The notes under the pieces are model-generated. The model did no database searches. It worked only from the letters and a program-made list of their open reading frames with translations, and was not told where the DNA came from. A stretch of DNA of 64,000 nucleotides. Origin: a bacterium (lineage in GTDB: Bacteria > Hinthialibacterota > Hinthialibacteria > Hinthialibacterales > Hinthialibacteraceae). The position numbers were made by a program, and so were the translations under genes. The DNA lies in contig CAXXMV010000006.1 of assembly GCA_963662285.2 (NCBI GenBank), positions 352,001-416,000 of the forward strand, read 5' to 3'. This document shows, piece by piece, positions 17,280 to 29,575 of this stretch. Positions within the stretch are counted from its first letter, which is position 1; each line of letters opens with the position of its first letter.

Positions 17280-20200
17280 ATGAAAATGGAGATAAAAGTT
17301 ATGTTACGAAAGAATGGATTCATTAAACAAGACAATCCACTGATTCTCCTGCTGGTTATCTTAGTCCTGAATTGGATTGTTTTAATGTGGCTGGGCTGGC
17401 ATGTGTATATGTCCTATCGTATAAATGAAACAACACTTGGCCAAAACTCAAAAATTGAAAGATTGCGTGGAACAATCATTCATCTTGATGAAATACTGAC
17501 TATGTCAGCGCGAATGACTGCCGTGACAGGTGATCTTAAATGGGAACAGCGTTACCGCCTATATGAACCACAATTGGATGCCGCAATCAAGGAAGCACTC
17601 GGTATAGCGCCTGAATTACAAAAAGGCGAAGCGGCTGCCAAAACGGATGCAGCTAATACAAAACTTATAGAGATGGAAAACCGCGCTTTTGATTTGATTC
17701 GTCAGGGCCGCATAAAAGAAGCCCAGACGGTTATGTTCGGCGATGAATATGAAACTGAGAAGAAAGTATATGCAGAAGGTATATCCACATTTGCATCTGG
17801 ACTTTCCGGTATCGTCGACGGCAGGTTGGAAGAAATGCAGCGTCGTGACGCTCTTGAAATTATTGCCGTACTGTTTCTGATTCCGCTTTTACTTATTGGC
17901 TGGTTTATTATGTTCCGAGCAATGCGCAGCTGGGCTGCTGACATGAAGGAGAAAAACCTCCTACTTTCCTCAAAAGCTGATGAAACTTTCAAGGAACTTA
18001 GAACCAGTGAAGAAAAATATCAAACAATCTGCAATTCGGCCCAGGATGCGATTCTAATGATGGATCCTTGCGGGAACGTTTCTTTCTGGAATCAATCCGC
18101 TGAACAAATATTCGGGTGGACGGAAGAAGAAATCATTGGTAAGAATCTTCACGACTTACTTTCACCTTTGCAATATCGTGAAATTCAACTGGAGGCATTC
18201 AAACGATTTCAGCAGACCGGTGAAGGAGCCGCCATCGGAAAGATGCTGGAATTATCGGCGATTCGAAAAGATACAACCGAGTTTCCCATCGAGATTTCGC
18301 TCTCTTCGGTACTATTAAAAGATCAATGGCATGCAATTGGAATAATCCGTGATATTTCCGCCCGAAAGGAAATTGAGAATCGACTGATAGAACGGGAAAA
18401 GTTCACAAATGAAATTATAAATTCTGTATTGACAGGCATCGTGATTGTGGAAGAAAGTACACACACAATCATAGAGATCAATAAAATCGGACAGGAAATA
18501 GTCGGACTTTCCCGTGAAGATATTATCGGCAGAGAATGCCATAATTTCATATGTCCTGCGGAGCGGGGACGATGTCCCATCTCGGATTTACATGAAGAAG
18601 TTTATTGTTCAGAGAAAAAACTGTTACGGCATGATGGACAACAGATTGATATTCTTAAAACGGCAACAACAATAAAACAAGGGAATAAAAAGTATATTCT
18701 AGGAAGTTTTCTCGATATCTCCGAACAGAAAAAAGCGGAAACTTTGATAAAGGATTCAGAACAAAAGTTTAAAACTTTGTATAATTCAACAAGTGATGCT
18801 GTCATGTTATTTGATGAAAATGGTTTCTTTGATTGCAATAAAGCAACCTTGAAAATATTTCAATGTCCAAGCCTTGAAGAATTCTGCAAAAAGCATCCTG
18901 CGGATTTATCTCCTCCTCTTCAGCCGTGCGGCGCGGATTCGTTGTTATTAGCCAATGAGAAAATATCGGCAGCAATTGAAACAGGAAGCAATCGATTTGA
19001 ATGGTTACATAAGAGTTTGAATGGTAAAGAATTTTATGCTGAAGTATTGCTTTCTGCAATGGAGTTGAATGGGAAACAAATACTACAGGCTGTTGTACGT
19101 GATATAACCGAGCGAAAGTTTGTTGAACAAGAACTAATTGAAACTAAGGAAGCCGCCGAAAAAGCCAACCTGGCGAAAAGTGAATTCCTGGCCAATATGA
19201 GTCATGAAATCCGTACGCCGATGAACGGGATTATTGGAATGGCCGATATACTTCTCGATACGGAGTTAACATCAAAACAAGCAGGTTATGTGGAAACGAT
19301 CACAAATTCTGCGAACTCATTATTGACTATTCTGAACGACATTCTCGATTATTCAAAAATTGAAGCCGGGAAACTTGAATTAGAACATATCATATTCGAT
19401 CTTCGTAAAATCGTTGAACAAATTGGGCAGTTGTTTTCATCTAAGACGCAGGAAAAAAATCTTGATCTGATCGTCCGGTATTCTCCCGATGCTCCTAATT
19501 CTTTCATTGGCGATCCAGGTCGAATTCAGCAAATTATATCAAATTTATTAGGCAACGCAGTAAAATTCACCGAGCGGGGATATGTGTTGATTGAAGTTGT
19601 CTTCGATTCGATCCGGGAAGATTCGGTCGATATTTGCATAAACATAAAAGACACCGGAATCGGCATAACAGAAGAACAACAAAAAGCTGTCTTTGAAAAG
19701 TTCATGCAAGCGGATAGTACGACAACGCGTAAATATGGTGGAACCGGTTTGGGACTGGCTATATGCAAACAATTAACTGAATTAATGCAAGGGACTATGA
19801 CGATTGAAAGTACGGAGGGGACCGGTTCAATCTTTTCATTACATTTGACTTTACCTAGGCATCAACAAACTGATGAAGTGATTTATTTAGAGAAGAATAT
19901 TGATGGAATCCGCGCTTTAATTGTGGATGACAATGATGTTAACCGTCAAATCCTTATGGAATATCTGAGCAAATGGAACATTCCGGCCATTGAAGCCCGT
20001 TCGGGATTCGAAGCGCTGGAACTACTATACATAAATCATCAAAACAATAATCCATGTGAAATCGCTCTCCTTGATTATCACATGCCAGGCATGGATGGTC
20101 AGGAACTCGCTCAGAGAATCAAGAAAGATCCCCGCATATCGGATACTATCCTCATACTGCTTTCGTCCAGTACTGTCAGAGGTGATTCCAGCCATCTAAA

Positions 20201-21167
20201 AATGGCGGGATTTTCCGCATGCCTCCGTAAACCTATCCGGTCTGCAGAACTGCTCGAAACTCTCAAGCGTTGTTGGTCCGTTCAACAAGACAGAGAATCC
20301 CGGGAAAGCACGCCCGTTCTGGAATTCGAAGAGAAACGGCAAGCAAGAGAAACCTCTAAAAAATATGATTTGAACGTTTTATTGGTGGAAGATAATCGCA
20401 CTAATCAGATGGTTGCAACTAATTTTTTAGAGTCGTTAGGGTGTAAAACCGATCTGGCGGAGAATGGCCGGGAAGCTGTCGAGCGGTATTCTCAAAATCA
20501 ATACGACTTGATTCTTATGGACTGTTCGATGCCGGTTATGGATGGATACGATGCAACCAGAGAAATTCGCTCACGGGAAGATGAAAACCGACATATTCCT
20601 ATTATTGCCATGACAGCTCATGCCATGGAAGGTGATAAAGAGAGATGCCTCGAGGCAGGAATGGATGATTATTTATCCAAACCTGTGCGTAAACAAAATC
20701 TAGAAACAATTCTATCGAAGTACGCCAGTAAAAAATCAGAACAACAAAACCAAGCCAGCGTTGAAAACGATTCTCTTGATCAATCTTATAATGAAGAGGA
20801 AACATCACCCGAAGGAGATCAATATCCTGATTTCGAGAGTGATCGTTTATTCAATGATATAGATCGTGACACAGATGTCATGAATGAAATTGTAGATGCT
20901 TTTTTAGAAGATACCCCTGTAATTATTAACAGATTGCAAAAGGCTCTTGAAAACGGGGAAATCGAGCAAGTTCAAAAAGCCGCCCACCAGTTAAAAGGCT
21001 CAGCCGCAAATTTAGGCGGAATGAAATTAAGTTATCTGGGAAGCCGGATCGAACAAGAAGCAAAACAAAACCAACTTAAACATTGTATGAATTTGTATCC
21101 ATTCTTATCCAATTCATTTGAACAATTGAAGAATAAACTCGATGAGCGAGAATGGGAAAATCAATAA
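17280..21167 (+). CDS. Membrane-bound unorthodox hybrid kinase: 2TM sensor, 3 PAS, HisKA, HATPase, 2 REC, HPt
   Basis: Two TM segments around a helical periplasmic domain. [53 protein letters not shown], HPt [14 protein letters not shown]. Confidence 0.95.
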   Translation: MKMEIKVMLRKNGFIKQDNPLILLLVILVLNWIVLMWLGWHVYMSYRINETTLGQNSKIERLRGTIIHLDEILTMSARMTAVTGDLKWEQRYRLYEPQLDAAIKEALGIAPELQKGEAAAKTDAANTKLIEMENRAFDLIRQGRIKEAQTVMFGDEYETEKKVYAEGISTFASGLSGIVDGRLEEMQRRDALEIIAVLFLIPLLLIGWFIMFRAMRSWAADMKEKNLLLSSKADETFKELRTSEEKYQTICNSAQDAILMMDPCGNVSFWNQSAEQIFGWTEEEIIGKNLHDLLSPLQYREIQLEAFKRFQQTGEGAAIGKMLELSAIRKDTTEFPIEISLSSVLLKDQWHAIGIIRDISARKEIENRLIEREKFTNEIINSVLTGIVIVEESTHTIIEINKIGQEIVGLSREDIIGRECHNFICPAERGRCPISDLHEEVYCSEKKLLRHDGQQIDILKTATTIKQGNKKYILGSFLDISEQKKAETLIKDSEQKFKTLYNSTSDAVMLFDENGFFDCNKATLKIFQCPSLEEFCKKHPADLSPPLQPCGADSLLLANEKISAAIETGSNRFEWLHKSLNGKEFYAEVLLSAMELNGKQILQAVVRDITERKFVEQELIETKEAAEKANLAKSEFLANMSHEIRTPMNGIIGMADILLDTELTSKQAGYVETITNSANSLLTILNDILDYSKIEAGKLELEHIIFDLRKIVEQIGQLFSSKTQEKNLDLIVRYSPDAPNSFIGDPGRIQQIISNLLGNAVKFTERGYVLIEVVFDSIREDSVDICINIKDTGIGITEEQQKAVFEKFMQADSTTTRKYGGTGLGLAICKQLTELMQGTMTIESTEGTGSIFSLHLTLPRHQQTDEVIYLEKNIDGIRALIVDDNDVNRQILMEYLSKWNIPAIEARSGFEALELLYINHQNNNPCEIALLDYHMPGMDGQELAQRIKKDPRISDTILILLSSSTVRGDSSHLKMAGFSACLRKPIRSAELLETLKRCWSVQQDRESRESTPVLEFEEKRQARETSKKYDLNVLLVEDNRTNQMVATNFLESLGCKTDLAENGREAVERYSQNQYDLILMDCSMPVMDGYDATREIRSREDENRHIPIIAMTAHAMEGDKERCLEAGMDDYLSKPVRKQNLETILSKYASKKSEQQNQASVENDSLDQSYNEEETSPEGDQYPDFESDRLFNDIDRDTDVMNEIVDAFLEDTPVIINRLQKALENGEIEQVQKAAHQLKGSAANLGGMKLSYLGSRIEQEAKQNQLKHCMNLYPFLSNSFEQLKNKLDEREWENQ

Positions 21168-22480
21168 TCAAGCCGCTTGGATCATAAGAAGCGTGATTTT
21201 AGGAAAAGCATTATGAAACTTTTAATCGCTGATGACGACAGACCAACTCGCATTAAAATGCTTCGCATGATTGAAAAGTGGGGATATGAAGTCATTGAAG
21301 CGGATAATGGTAAGGCGGCCCTGGATATACTGACATCACCCGATCCTCCCCGTATTGCTTTACTTGATTGGATCATGCCGGAAATGGAAGGAGTGCAGGT
21401 TTGTAATGCTATCACCAAAAATAAACAAATTCCACTCATTTATCGGATTCTTATAACATCGAAGCAAGAGAAAGAAGATATTGTCACCGCGTTGGATAGC
21501 GGCGCTCATGATTTCCTGTCAAAACCGGTGGACAACCGGGAACTTAGAAGCCGGATTGCTGTGGGCGAGAGACTCATTCAAGCGGAAGATAATCTGAAAG
21601 AAAGTCAACGGCAACTTTCAACATTAATGAGTAATTTACCCGGGATGGCTTATCGATGCATTTATGATCGAAGCAGACCGATCGAATTTATCAGTAATGG
21701 GTGTTTGCCTCTAACCGGGACTCCTTCAGAAGAATGGGAGCAAAAGGAAAATCAAAGATATTCCGATATAATATATCCCGATGATCGTGAATCGGTTTGG
21801 AATGAAATTCAAGAAGCAGTATCAATGCGTATGCCTTTTCAATGTACGTATCGAATTCAAACTCCAGATAATCAAATCAAATGGGTATGGGAACAAGGCC
21901 GGGGTATTTTTGGAGATGGGCAAGAACCATTGGCATTGGAGGGATTTGTAGCGGATATCACTGAACGGAAGCGGATGGAAGAATCCTTGATCGAATCGCA
22001 AAAAATGAAGGCGATTGCCCGGTTGGCTGGTGGAATAGCGCATGATTACAACAATTATTTTATGATTATCCACTTTTATACAGAATCCCTATTGAAATCC
22101 ATTCCTGCTGAATTAGATATCAGGGAGGATGTTGAAACCATCCGGGAAATTGGGCAACGCGCTTCTTCTTTATCAAAAAACCTTCTTGCCTTCAGTCGAA
22201 ACCAATCTGTCAAAATCGAAGAAATGAATATACATTCTTTTATTCTCGAATTAGAGAAAACACTCTCCCCTCTATTGCCAGAAACCATACGGCTTGAAAT
22301 TATTTCCTCTGATGAAGCAGGAGTGATCCGAGCCAATCCCGGACAAATAGAACAAATTATCATGAATCTTGTGTTAAACGCCCGTGATGCAATTGAGAAT
22401 GAAGGATTAATCACAATTCGGTCGCAAAACATTGATAGACCCGATGGAAGCCTTGATTCATCAAAACTTTCAGGCCCTTA

Positions 22481-23772
22481 GGAATTGTCCATAATTAAGT
22501 TGAACATTTAGGGGTTATATAATAGTTCCATTCCCCATGAAAATCATTTGTGAATAAATTTATATTTTGTAGTTCTTCATCCGTAATTTTAATACCTTTT
22601 TCGTATTTATTAGTATCAAGTTCGACCATAATATTTAAACCGTTTTTTGTAGTCGTGCTACCAATGAGATTTACAATTACCTCATGGCTAATCAAAGGTT
22701 TTCCTCTCCAATTCATACTTATGTGAGAAAACATGCGGTGTTCAATCTTATTCCATTTGCTGGTTCCTGGAGGGAAATGACACACGGATATTTTTAAGCC
22801 CGTTTCAGTCGATAAATTCTGCAAGGCGATTTTCCACAAACGAACACGGTAGCCATTGCTCCCTCCACAATCGGCTGTTATCAAAAGTTCTTTTGCTTTT
22901 GGATAAGCATTCCTGCCCATTTTATTCCACCAACGGCGAATCGTTTCGACTGCAAATTCAGCTGTATCGTGATCCGTGCCGACGCTCACCCAACCTTTAT
23001 CTGCCGTTTGGTCATAGACGCCATAGGGATTTACTTTGCCTTTTTCTTTATCTACAAAATCATACACGCGAACCGATTCAGGCTTACCCTTTGGACACCA
23101 TTCACGCCCTTTGTTTATGAAGTCTCCGACGAGTTCTTTTTTCTTGGTATCCACAGAAATAACAGGTTGCTTTCGACGCTGCAACTGAGCAACTCGCGCA
23201 CAAATAAAATGGAATTGTGCGTCTCGATCAGGATGTTGTTTTCCCTCTTTCGTCTTGTTGTTCGCTTGTAAACTGTAGCCTAATTCAGCCAGAAGATGTG
23301 CAACTTTTTGGCGTTCAATTGCATGACCTTGCTCTTGCAGGGCCGCCGCAAGTTGGCGAACACTTTTACATGTCCAACGTAGCGGGGACTCGGGGTCGCC
23401 ACGTGTTGATGGCTCTACTAATTGTTCAAGGTCATTCAATACCGTTGAGTCGGTTTCAGTAATTGGTTTTCGACCCCCTCCAGAAGAACGTATTCGACCA
23501 ACTTTTTCGGGAGAAAGATAGTCCGATTCAAAAAGATTTTTAATCCCCTGGTGAATGGTTGTACGTGATAGTCCTGTAACTCTGGACACAACGGAAATCC
23601 CGCCATGACCTAGCGATTTTGCTTCCGTCGCCGCCCAAAGTCGTCGCGATTGTTCATCCAATATTGGCTTGAGCAACATGTATTTTTCTTGTATAGTAAT
23701 TTCCGCATCTTTATACATGTAGTAATTATAGCATGGGTAATATATATGTTCAAGTTATTTATGGACAAATCC
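22481..23772 (-). mobile_element. ISAzo13-family insertion sequence (1292 bp)
   Basis: 27-bp imperfect terminal IRs: GGAATTGTCCATAATTAAGTTGAACAT vs revcomp GGATTTGTCCATAAATAACTTGAACAT (24/27). TTA direct repeats at 22478-22480 and 23773-23775. Single transposase gene. Confidence 0.95.
22495..23718 (-). CDS. ISAzo13-family (Rhodopirellula-type) DDE transposase
   Basis: RGDPESPLRWT, HPDRDAQF, ISVDTKKKELVG, ITADCGGSNG, HFPPGTSKWNKIEHRMFS, FHGEWNY. Intact 407 aa, with the stop codon inside the IR. Confidence 0.95.
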   Translation of the reverse strand: MYKDAEITIQEKYMLLKPILDEQSRRLWAATEAKSLGHGGISVVSRVTGLSRTTIHQGIKNLFESDYLSPEKVGRIRSSGGGRKPITETDSTVLNDLEQLVEPSTRGDPESPLRWTCKSVRQLAAALQEQGHAIERQKVAHLLAELGYSLQANNKTKEGKQHPDRDAQFHFICARVAQLQRRKQPVISVDTKKKELVGDFINKGREWCPKGKPESVRVYDFVDKEKGKVNPYGVYDQTADKGWVSVGTDHDTAEFAVETIRRWWNKMGRNAYPKAKELLITADCGGSNGYRVRLWKIALQNLSTETGLKISVCHFPPGTSKWNKIEHRMFSHISMNWRGKPLISHEVIVNLIGSTTTKNGLNIMVELDTNKYEKGIKITDEELQNINLFTNDFHGEWNYYITPKCST

Positions 23773-24063
23773 TTATGTGGAAATTTCTGTTGAAGATTCA
23801 GGAGTGGGTATCGAGGAGGATAAAAAAAATCAAATTTTTGAACCGTTTTTTACAACAAAAGAATCAGGGAATGAAACCGGATTAGGATTATCCATTGTAT
23901 TTGGAATCGTAACACAACTCGGCGGTATGATTGATGTTGAAAGTGAAAAAGGAAAAGGTACATTATTTAAACTCTTGTTCTCACGCATTATCCATGATGT
24001 ATAATCATAGAAGGGCTAAGAAATGCAGACATAAATAATGCATGTGATAAAGGATAAATAATT

Positions 24064-24453
24064 ATGACGAATAAATATCACTTAAAGGCTAAGACTGTTC
24101 TTATTGTTGATGACGACCGGGTTATACGATTGATTCTAAGAAAGCATTTATCGAAATTAGGCATGGTAATAGTCGGTGAAGCTGCGACTGGACTTGATGG
24201 AGCCTATATGTTCGACAAATATCACCCAGACGTTGTTTTACTGGACGTCCAATTACCCAAAGGGAGTGGACTAACAATTCTCAAACTCATACACGAAATT
24301 AATCCAAAAGCAGTCGTCATTATGCTTACTGGCGATACGTCTGAAGATGTTATTAAAACCGCCATCAATTTAGGCGCGTATGACTATATTTCTAAAAGAG
24401 CCAATGATCTTCCCGAACGTCTTGCTGAATCATTATTAAAAACAATCAAGTAA
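24064..24453 (+). CDS. Single-domain CheY-like response regulator
   Basis: VLIVDDD, VLLDVQLPKGSG, IMLTG, GAYDYISK. AAGGA SD. Confidence 0.9.
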   Translation: MTNKYHLKAKTVLIVDDDRVIRLILRKHLSKLGMVIVGEAATGLDGAYMFDKYHPDVVLLDVQLPKGSGLTILKLIHEINPKAVVIMLTGDTSEDVIKTAINLGAYDYISKRANDLPERLAESLLKTIK

Positions 24454-24979
24454 TTGTATTTTGCGCATGCAGATTGAATAGTTTATGTATATTCAGGGTG
24501 AAAAGTGAATTCTGCTAAATGATGAACCGAGAACGCGACTGGCTAACAAAGGGAAATAACTACGGGACTTGCAAGGGATTGCTTGAATATGTCCATATCA
24601 ATCGGAATTTGATCTGATCGAACCGTTTTTCAAGACTCGCGCAACCATTCATGATGAATTTCACATAGTCCTCCTGTTCAAGATTGGATGACTGGATTCT
24701 ACAATGAGGATGAGCTATATATTCAACTGTAGTGTACGAGAATTATATTGGATATTCAAAAACAGTTGAGCAGGATTAGTTTTAGCGCTGTGCAGCCTTA
24801 AAAACAGTTGAAAATTCTTGGTTATTATATAAAACTATGTGGGTTCTATGTTTATGGGTTGTGAAAATTGATTAGATTTTTAGAAAAAAAACTGGATTAT
24901 TTAAATTTTCTGGCTATATCTATATATAACCATGCATTAGGCTATGTCTTACGTTACTAGTTCAAAGGGGAGGGCTATC

Positions 24980-27900
24980 ATGACCTTGAGGATTGTAGGG
25001 TTGAATGGCGGATTAGGCGTGGCGCAAAGAATAATATCAGTCGTGAAGACGCTTTTTACAATCTTTCTACCACTCACTTTTTTATATGCTATATCCGCCA
25101 ATGCCCAGATTCCGCCGATAAAAACCCCGGTTCCAATCATCCACACTCCAACGCCAACTCCGATTGTTATACGCACTTCCGACCTGGAAATTTCTGACTT
25201 GGAAATCAAAGAATCACTATTGATAGCCTCTACTATGGAAGAAGCGGTTCTCCCCATATCATTAATTGTCACGAAAACAAACATTACGGATATCTCTACA
25301 TTAACGATCAAATTTTCACTTTTGGATTCCGGTGGTATAGAAGACGCATCATGGACTATCAGCATCCCGGAAATATCCGTCCTCGAAACCACCAACAAGT
25401 TGGAACTTGATCTGCCGCTGACTGATTTTACTCCTCTGGGAATAGATAGTTATACATTGATCGCAGTGGCTGAACTTAAAAGCCTGATTTCAGAAAAAAA
25501 TAAGGGAAACAACACGACTAGATCTATTGCTACGGATCTGCTGCAGACCAGCGGAACGCTCTGGTTCGGATCGATTCAGACCACTCTTGATCCGAGCACC
25601 GTTTTTACGATTTCGCCAACAATGTTAAACGGCGCGGCTCAATTCGGCGACCAAACCGTATCTTTCGGTTCGCTGACTGTTGATCGCGATTCATCCACTC
25701 TCGATCTTAATGTCATATCTGGAACAGCCACATTTCCTGATATCGATCCTCATACAAGCAATGATTGGGATTATCAACTGACGGATTGCTATTTGAGCAA
25801 AGACGGAGCGTTCGCCAACGCAGCGCTCTATTTTCCCGAAACTGTTTCGTATCGATTGGCTTCTACTTCAGGTCACGCGTTTCGAAAATATCCACTCGAT
25901 CTGGGTGAACAGGCTTTAGATCAAGACCTGGCTCTGATTGAAACCGAAATAGAAATCACTGAAAGCATTGTATTGTATTCCGAAACGCTGCCTCTTTATT
26001 TCAATGGCGACTCAGCTCTTTTCGAACCTGTGGGCAGTTTGTCATTAGTAAATCCAACCGCAAAATACGTACATGCATCCCGTATCGCTATCCCTTCAGG
26101 CGACCGCGCCACTAATGACGGTATGTTTAAGACAAGTTGGAGTACTGGCGCTATCAGTGTTACTGCCTCTGGACTACAAACTGATTTGACAGGCGCTTCA
26201 GGCCAATACCGCCCGGCGTTTCCCCATAAAACCGATGTCGTCCACGGAGATGTGAGCGTGGCGATTAGGGATGGTTCAATCGACCCATCCAGTTCGATCT
26301 CGTCATTGGAGTTAAAGCAAACATCGGGAACCAGCGCCTGTGAAGGTTCTGAAGCCGAACTGACATCGCAATTCGTATTCGATGATTCCGTCTCTCTTGC
26401 TCTCGATGGAGGTATTGCTCACCAAGCCGATATGTCGTCTTCATATACATTCGCGTTCAACACCTGCATAGGTGAAACACTGAGCCTGGCGGCCTGGTAT
26501 CAACCCGGTTTTATTCTGCGTACCACGGCGCCCTCCAGCGCGCTTGATGAGGTTGACCGTTATCTCCTGGCTGGTCGTTCCACGACGTCCATTGATTTGT
26601 ATTATTACGGTGAAGAGTCATTCGTGGCGGGAGAGGGCTATTACGCCGGGATCAATTTCATGCCCGACCACCTGACTGGTATGGCCGTTACTGTTGATAT
26701 CGGCGATGACTCACTCGGTATTACGCTTAACGAAGGAAGCAAGTTTTACATCCGGGGAGGCGGCTATACCGGAACGCTTGATGGAACCCTTGGAGCGGAT
26801 ACTAATTTAGAGCTCTATCCCGATCCACAATGTAGTAATCAGGGATATCAGATAGAACTCACTTCATTCGGGCAAGCTTATCTGGACAACGAATCCGAAG
26901 GGTTGGACTCGAAGATCGACGGGGAGGTCGATATTCCTTTCCCCTCTCAGATCAACATTCCCTTCGATGATATGACGCTAAGTCCATGCGGAAACTTCAC
27001 ATCCGGACAAATCCCCGAAGATGAACAGAACGTCACTCGTACGCTGGCTTATTGGCTCGCGGATCTGCGCCTTTCAACTATTGAGTTCGAACTACGTGAA
27101 GAAAGTTCACCCGACGATGACCGCACATTGTGGATATCCTCCGTCAATCATGTGGATGGTCTTGATACCGATCCATTGATGCAAATCAACCTTCGGCCTT
27201 GCGGAACGATTGCCAAGTCGATGGCAGCCGAGCCAGTTGATACTGCGTTAGATGGATATGGAACAACAATCGAAATATTATACTTGACTGAATATGATCC
27301 AAACGATGGAACGACGCCTAATGGTTTCTATTCGTTCATCAACTCATTGGACGTGCCGTTTTTCGATCCGCCCCGCGTACATAGCCAAATCCGTCCTGAT
27401 ACGCACCGTCTGGCGGATGGTTCGCCTTGGGACGACAGTACCAACGCCGACTCGGATGGCGATGGTTGGCCGGACAATTATTCTCCGAATGCAAGCGACA
27501 GTCTCAGCGATCAGTTTTATAATTACAGCGCTGACCGTTTGATTACAATGCATACGGAAATCGGCGGCGTGATTCCTTTGAATTACGAAGTCAAATACAA
27601 TCCTTCCGACATGTCGTTCAAATCGAGCGAAAGCATCGGGCAGGATTTGCTCGTTATTGATATTGATTCCGAAATCAGAAATCTTAATCAGACCCATGCG
27701 GAAATAACTTTCGGTCTGGAGGTATCGGGAATACCCGAAATCAATTTCTCCAGTCTGGCTGGTGATTTCAGCGATGATATCCAGGAACTAATCTTCGACG
27801 CCATTCGCGACAAACTGGACGAAGTTTCAGAATCGCTCACTGGCGATATGTCAGGAACATTGCGCCCGATTCTAAAGCAATTAATTCAACCTCATGTAGA

Positions 27901-29575
27901 AAACGCGGTTGATTCTATTCAAGGTTACGTCGACAAAGCGCCGGACATTCAATCAGTATATGAAATAGAGGTGGACTTGCAGACGGTCGTCGATCAGATG
28001 CTGAGCAACATCGATCTCGAACATGCCTTCGACGCCACTGGCGCAGACGATATGCTGACCGAAATTATCGCTGTGATCGACGAGGTCGTTGCGATTCTGG
28101 AAGATATCAGCGATGCCGTACAAGTAAGTATTGATGACCTGGACGGATTGGCTGAAGACCTGGTCGAACTTGCGCTCGATATTCTCAATATGGCGACGGA
28201 AATCGATATCTATGAAGTTCTAGACAACATAGAGGAAGTGCAACAGCAAATCGCCGAACCTCTCGCTGAAATCATCGACGTTTTAAATGAAGCAAAAAGT
28301 TATCTCAATGATCCGCTGTCACTCTCTTCGACCTATTTCGGCGATCTTCCCGCTTTGAGAGCGAGCATCGACGCCAGCGTGGCTGATTACCTGTTAGAAA
28401 TGACGGTTGATCAAGTGAATACGCTGGATGCTGAAGAGATCACCAACCTGATCCTCGACGGTATCTTCAATAGCGATATGTTCCAGGAATTTAATTCGTT
28501 CGCGTCGGGGCTGCTTATTCCAGTTAAGGAAATGCTCTACGAACAGGCTAACAATCTACTCGATAAATTAAACGATCTGGTTGATAAATTTCTGGAAGAA
28601 GCGCTGGACTTTACCGAAGGCGCGGAAGGCGCGTTTAAGAACCTGAGCAAATTCAAAGGCGCAGAGATGGAAGGCTACGCCGTAATATCCGGCGACGTTC
28701 TTGAAAAACTCCATATCGACGCCTCGCTGGAATTGGAAATCCCTGATGAGATGACCTTTGGCGGTTATCTGGATATCACTCGTTATGAAGTTGAGAGTGC
28801 AGGCAAGTCATGTTTTGACGATTTTGATTCAGGGGCTGTATTGGATATTAGAATCGGCGCCGAGGATATCAGCCTGAATTGGGGCGCATCGGATCTGTCT
28901 GCTACTATCGAATTCGCCTTAATGCTTTACAACGGTAAACCAGTCAACGTCGGCGGCAGCATTATTACCGAAGGCAGTTTGGATTTCGAGACAGTCACCT
29001 TCAGTGATCTGGGATTCGGCATCGCCATTGGTGAAATAGAAAATTACATCTGGGCTATGGGCAGCGGCTCGTTCAACGATTACACGGTGGATGGAGGCAT
29101 ATTCCTCGGTACTTGTTGTACGCTCGAACCGCTTGAGATTATTGATCCCCAGGTCGCATCGCTTTTGACCATCGACGAGATGAGCGGCGTGTTCGCTAAA
29201 GTTGGGGCGTCGATCCCGATCTATAACTACGGTTGTACGCTACGCGTCGCCGCTGAAGCGGAGATCGGGGCGTGGTATTTCGCTGAAGGCCCCACCTATG
29301 GCGGTAAATTAGTTGCTGGCGCCTATGGAGAAGGTCTCTGTCTTGTCTCCGTTAAAGGCGAGATTACATTGATCGGCGGCAAAGAAGGTTCGGACTATTT
29401 CTTCTATGGAGAGGCCTGGGTTGCGGGAGGTACGGGATTCTGTGAGCCGGAAGAATGGGACACGCTGAGCGATGCATTGAACGACAAATGGTGTCTGGCC
29501 TGCGGGGCTTCGCTCTCACTGACTTATAAGCAGGAAGAATGGGATGTCGATTATGATGCTAAATGCAATGAATAA
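24980..29575 (+). CDS. Giant uncharacterised secreted protein (PT linker, CARDB-like domain, beta-rich body, acidic helical segment, Cys-rich beta C-terminus)
   Basis: >1500 aa. Signal-like TLFTIFLPLTFLYAISANA-Q, HTPTPTP, CARDB-like YTLIAVAE..ISEKNKGNNT, DSDGDGWPD. The start is uncertain (24944, 24980 with GGAGG SD, or a later GTG). Confidence 0.75.
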   Translation: MTLRIVGLNGGLGVAQRIISVVKTLFTIFLPLTFLYAISANAQIPPIKTPVPIIHTPTPTPIVIRTSDLEISDLEIKESLLIASTMEEAVLPISLIVTKTNITDISTLTIKFSLLDSGGIEDASWTISIPEISVLETTNKLELDLPLTDFTPLGIDSYTLIAVAELKSLISEKNKGNNTTRSIATDLLQTSGTLWFGSIQTTLDPSTVFTISPTMLNGAAQFGDQTVSFGSLTVDRDSSTLDLNVISGTATFPDIDPHTSNDWDYQLTDCYLSKDGAFANAALYFPETVSYRLASTSGHAFRKYPLDLGEQALDQDLALIETEIEITESIVLYSETLPLYFNGDSALFEPVGSLSLVNPTAKYVHASRIAIPSGDRATNDGMFKTSWSTGAISVTASGLQTDLTGASGQYRPAFPHKTDVVHGDVSVAIRDGSIDPSSSISSLELKQTSGTSACEGSEAELTSQFVFDDSVSLALDGGIAHQADMSSSYTFAFNTCIGETLSLAAWYQPGFILRTTAPSSALDEVDRYLLAGRSTTSIDLYYYGEESFVAGEGYYAGINFMPDHLTGMAVTVDIGDDSLGITLNEGSKFYIRGGGYTGTLDGTLGADTNLELYPDPQCSNQGYQIELTSFGQAYLDNESEGLDSKIDGEVDIPFPSQINIPFDDMTLSPCGNFTSGQIPEDEQNVTRTLAYWLADLRLSTIEFELREESSPDDDRTLWISSVNHVDGLDTDPLMQINLRPCGTIAKSMAAEPVDTALDGYGTTIEILYLTEYDPNDGTTPNGFYSFINSLDVPFFDPPRVHSQIRPDTHRLADGSPWDDSTNADSDGDGWPDNYSPNASDSLSDQFYNYSADRLITMHTEIGGVIPLNYEVKYNPSDMSFKSSESIGQDLLVIDIDSEIRNLNQTHAEITFGLEVSGIPEINFSSLAGDFSDDIQELIFDAIRDKLDEVSESLTGDMSGTLRPILKQLIQPHVENAVDSIQGYVDKAPDIQSVYEIEVDLQTVVDQMLSNIDLEHAFDATGADDMLTEIIAVIDEVVAILEDISDAVQVSIDDLDGLAEDLVELALDILNMATEIDIYEVLDNIEEVQQQIAEPLAEIIDVLNEAKSYLNDPLSLSSTYFGDLPALRASIDASVADYLLEMTVDQVNTLDAEEITNLILDGIFNSDMFQEFNSFASGLLIPVKEMLYEQANNLLDKLNDLVDKFLEEALDFTEGAEGAFKNLSKFKGAEMEGYAVISGDVLEKLHIDASLELEIPDEMTFGGYLDITRYEVESAGKSCFDDFDSGAVLDIRIGAEDISLNWGASDLSATIEFALMLYNGKPVNVGGSIITEGSLDFETVTFSDLGFGIAIGEIENYIWAMGSGSFNDYTVDGGIFLGTCCTLEPLEIIDPQVASLLTIDEMSGVFAKVGASIPIYNYGCTLRVAAEAEIGAWYFAEGPTYGGKLVAGAYGEGLCLVSVKGEITLIGGKEGSDYFFYGEAWVAGGTGFCEPEEWDTLSDALNDKWCLACGASLSLTYKQEEWDVDYDAKCNE

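Larger units (their letters stand above)
21213..24004 (+). pseudogene. REC-PAS-HisKA-HATPase kinase interrupted by an ISAzo13-family element
   Basis: 5' part: LLIADDD, LDWIMP, PAS, GGIAHDYNN, NLVLNARDA. 3' part 23776-24004: VEISVEDSGVGI..FEPFFTTK..TGLGL. Removing the IS and one TTA restores the in-frame junction SGPYVEISVED. Confidence 0.92.

Noticed and set aside
24560-24710. Short minus-strand open frame (..QEDYVKFIMNGCASLEKRFDQIKFRLIW..), possibly a gene remnant
   Set aside because: About 50 codons with no diagnostic motif, so it cannot be assigned without a search.
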